A stretch of DNA of 63,794 bases, counting the filler, from Moniliella sp. 'wahieum' (taxonomy: Eukaryota): the NCBI GenBank assembly GCA_003971905.1. It is 3 parts of 3 records of this genome, joined end to end, with 100 filler letters (N's around TTAATTAATTAA, not from the genome) between each part and the next. Parts side by side here need not be neighbours in the genome. Positions count along the whole stretch, not along the records: positions 52,576 to 63,794 come from RSEE01000212.1; 2 more parts are not named here. One strand, 5' to 3'. The translations under genes and the position numbers were made by a program. Shown in pieces: positions 63,466-63,794 of the stretch. The notes under the pieces were generated by a model that made no database searches, was not told the DNA's origin, and worked only from the letters and a program-made list of their open reading frames with translations. Every line of letters starts with the position of its first letter. Position 1 is the first letter of the stretch.

Positions 63466-63794
63466 CATGCTAGGGTTCTGCCTCGCCCTCGCCCTCGGCT
63501 GAGCTGAAGTTGATGCGTCCCGCCCCCTTGCACCCATCCTGTCCACAAGCCATTGTTGCCTCCAGGGCGGCAGCACCAAGAGGTGCTCGCTGCCGCCGTC
63601 GGTGGGGCTGCGGGCCCACTGGTAGGTAGGGAGCAGCGCGGGTGTTGCCTCGTGGGTCAAGGATACAGATTCCCCCGAACACGATGCATGATGGTTATAC
63701 AAGGGGAGTAAGCAAAGGCTTGGCAAACAGCACTTGAGCAATAAGTAACTGGCAGTGGTACAACGTGGAAAAAGAAAGGAACAAAAACTAACTG

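Overview
GC-rich fungal genomic DNA, most likely an intron-poor basidiomycete (short GT..CTRAC..AG introns; Ustilaginomycotina-like is a guess). It is a draft with many single-base indels that frameshift even essential genes. Two 100-bp N spacers containing TTAATTAATTAA (22168-22267, 52476-52575) split it into three pieces. Recognisable genes: methionyl-tRNA synthetase with a C-terminal WHEP-like domain, a Bet1-like SNARE, an AAAP amino acid permease, a CM1 (Mto1/ApsB-like) coiled-coil protein, ATP23, RPL4, HMG-CoA reductase, RRS1, alanine aminotransferase, ceramide synthase, an F-box/UIM protein, ESS2/DGCR14, an MP88-like mannoprotein and a class IV chitin synthase, plus several orphan ORFs. 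Two non-coding patterns stand out. (1) A composite repeat block starts the middle piece: about 64 copies of a dyad-rich 40-bp unit, joined at a shared 13-mer to 5 copies of a ~141-bp unit carrying CCCTAACCCT, then a G-rich tract and two 105-bp palindrome-containing repeats. This is a candidate unusual telomere, subtelomere or centromere. (2) Many intergenic regions carry TNA triplets phased every 7 bp with variable, usually palindromic 4-bp spacers. Gene boundaries are approximate because of the indels.
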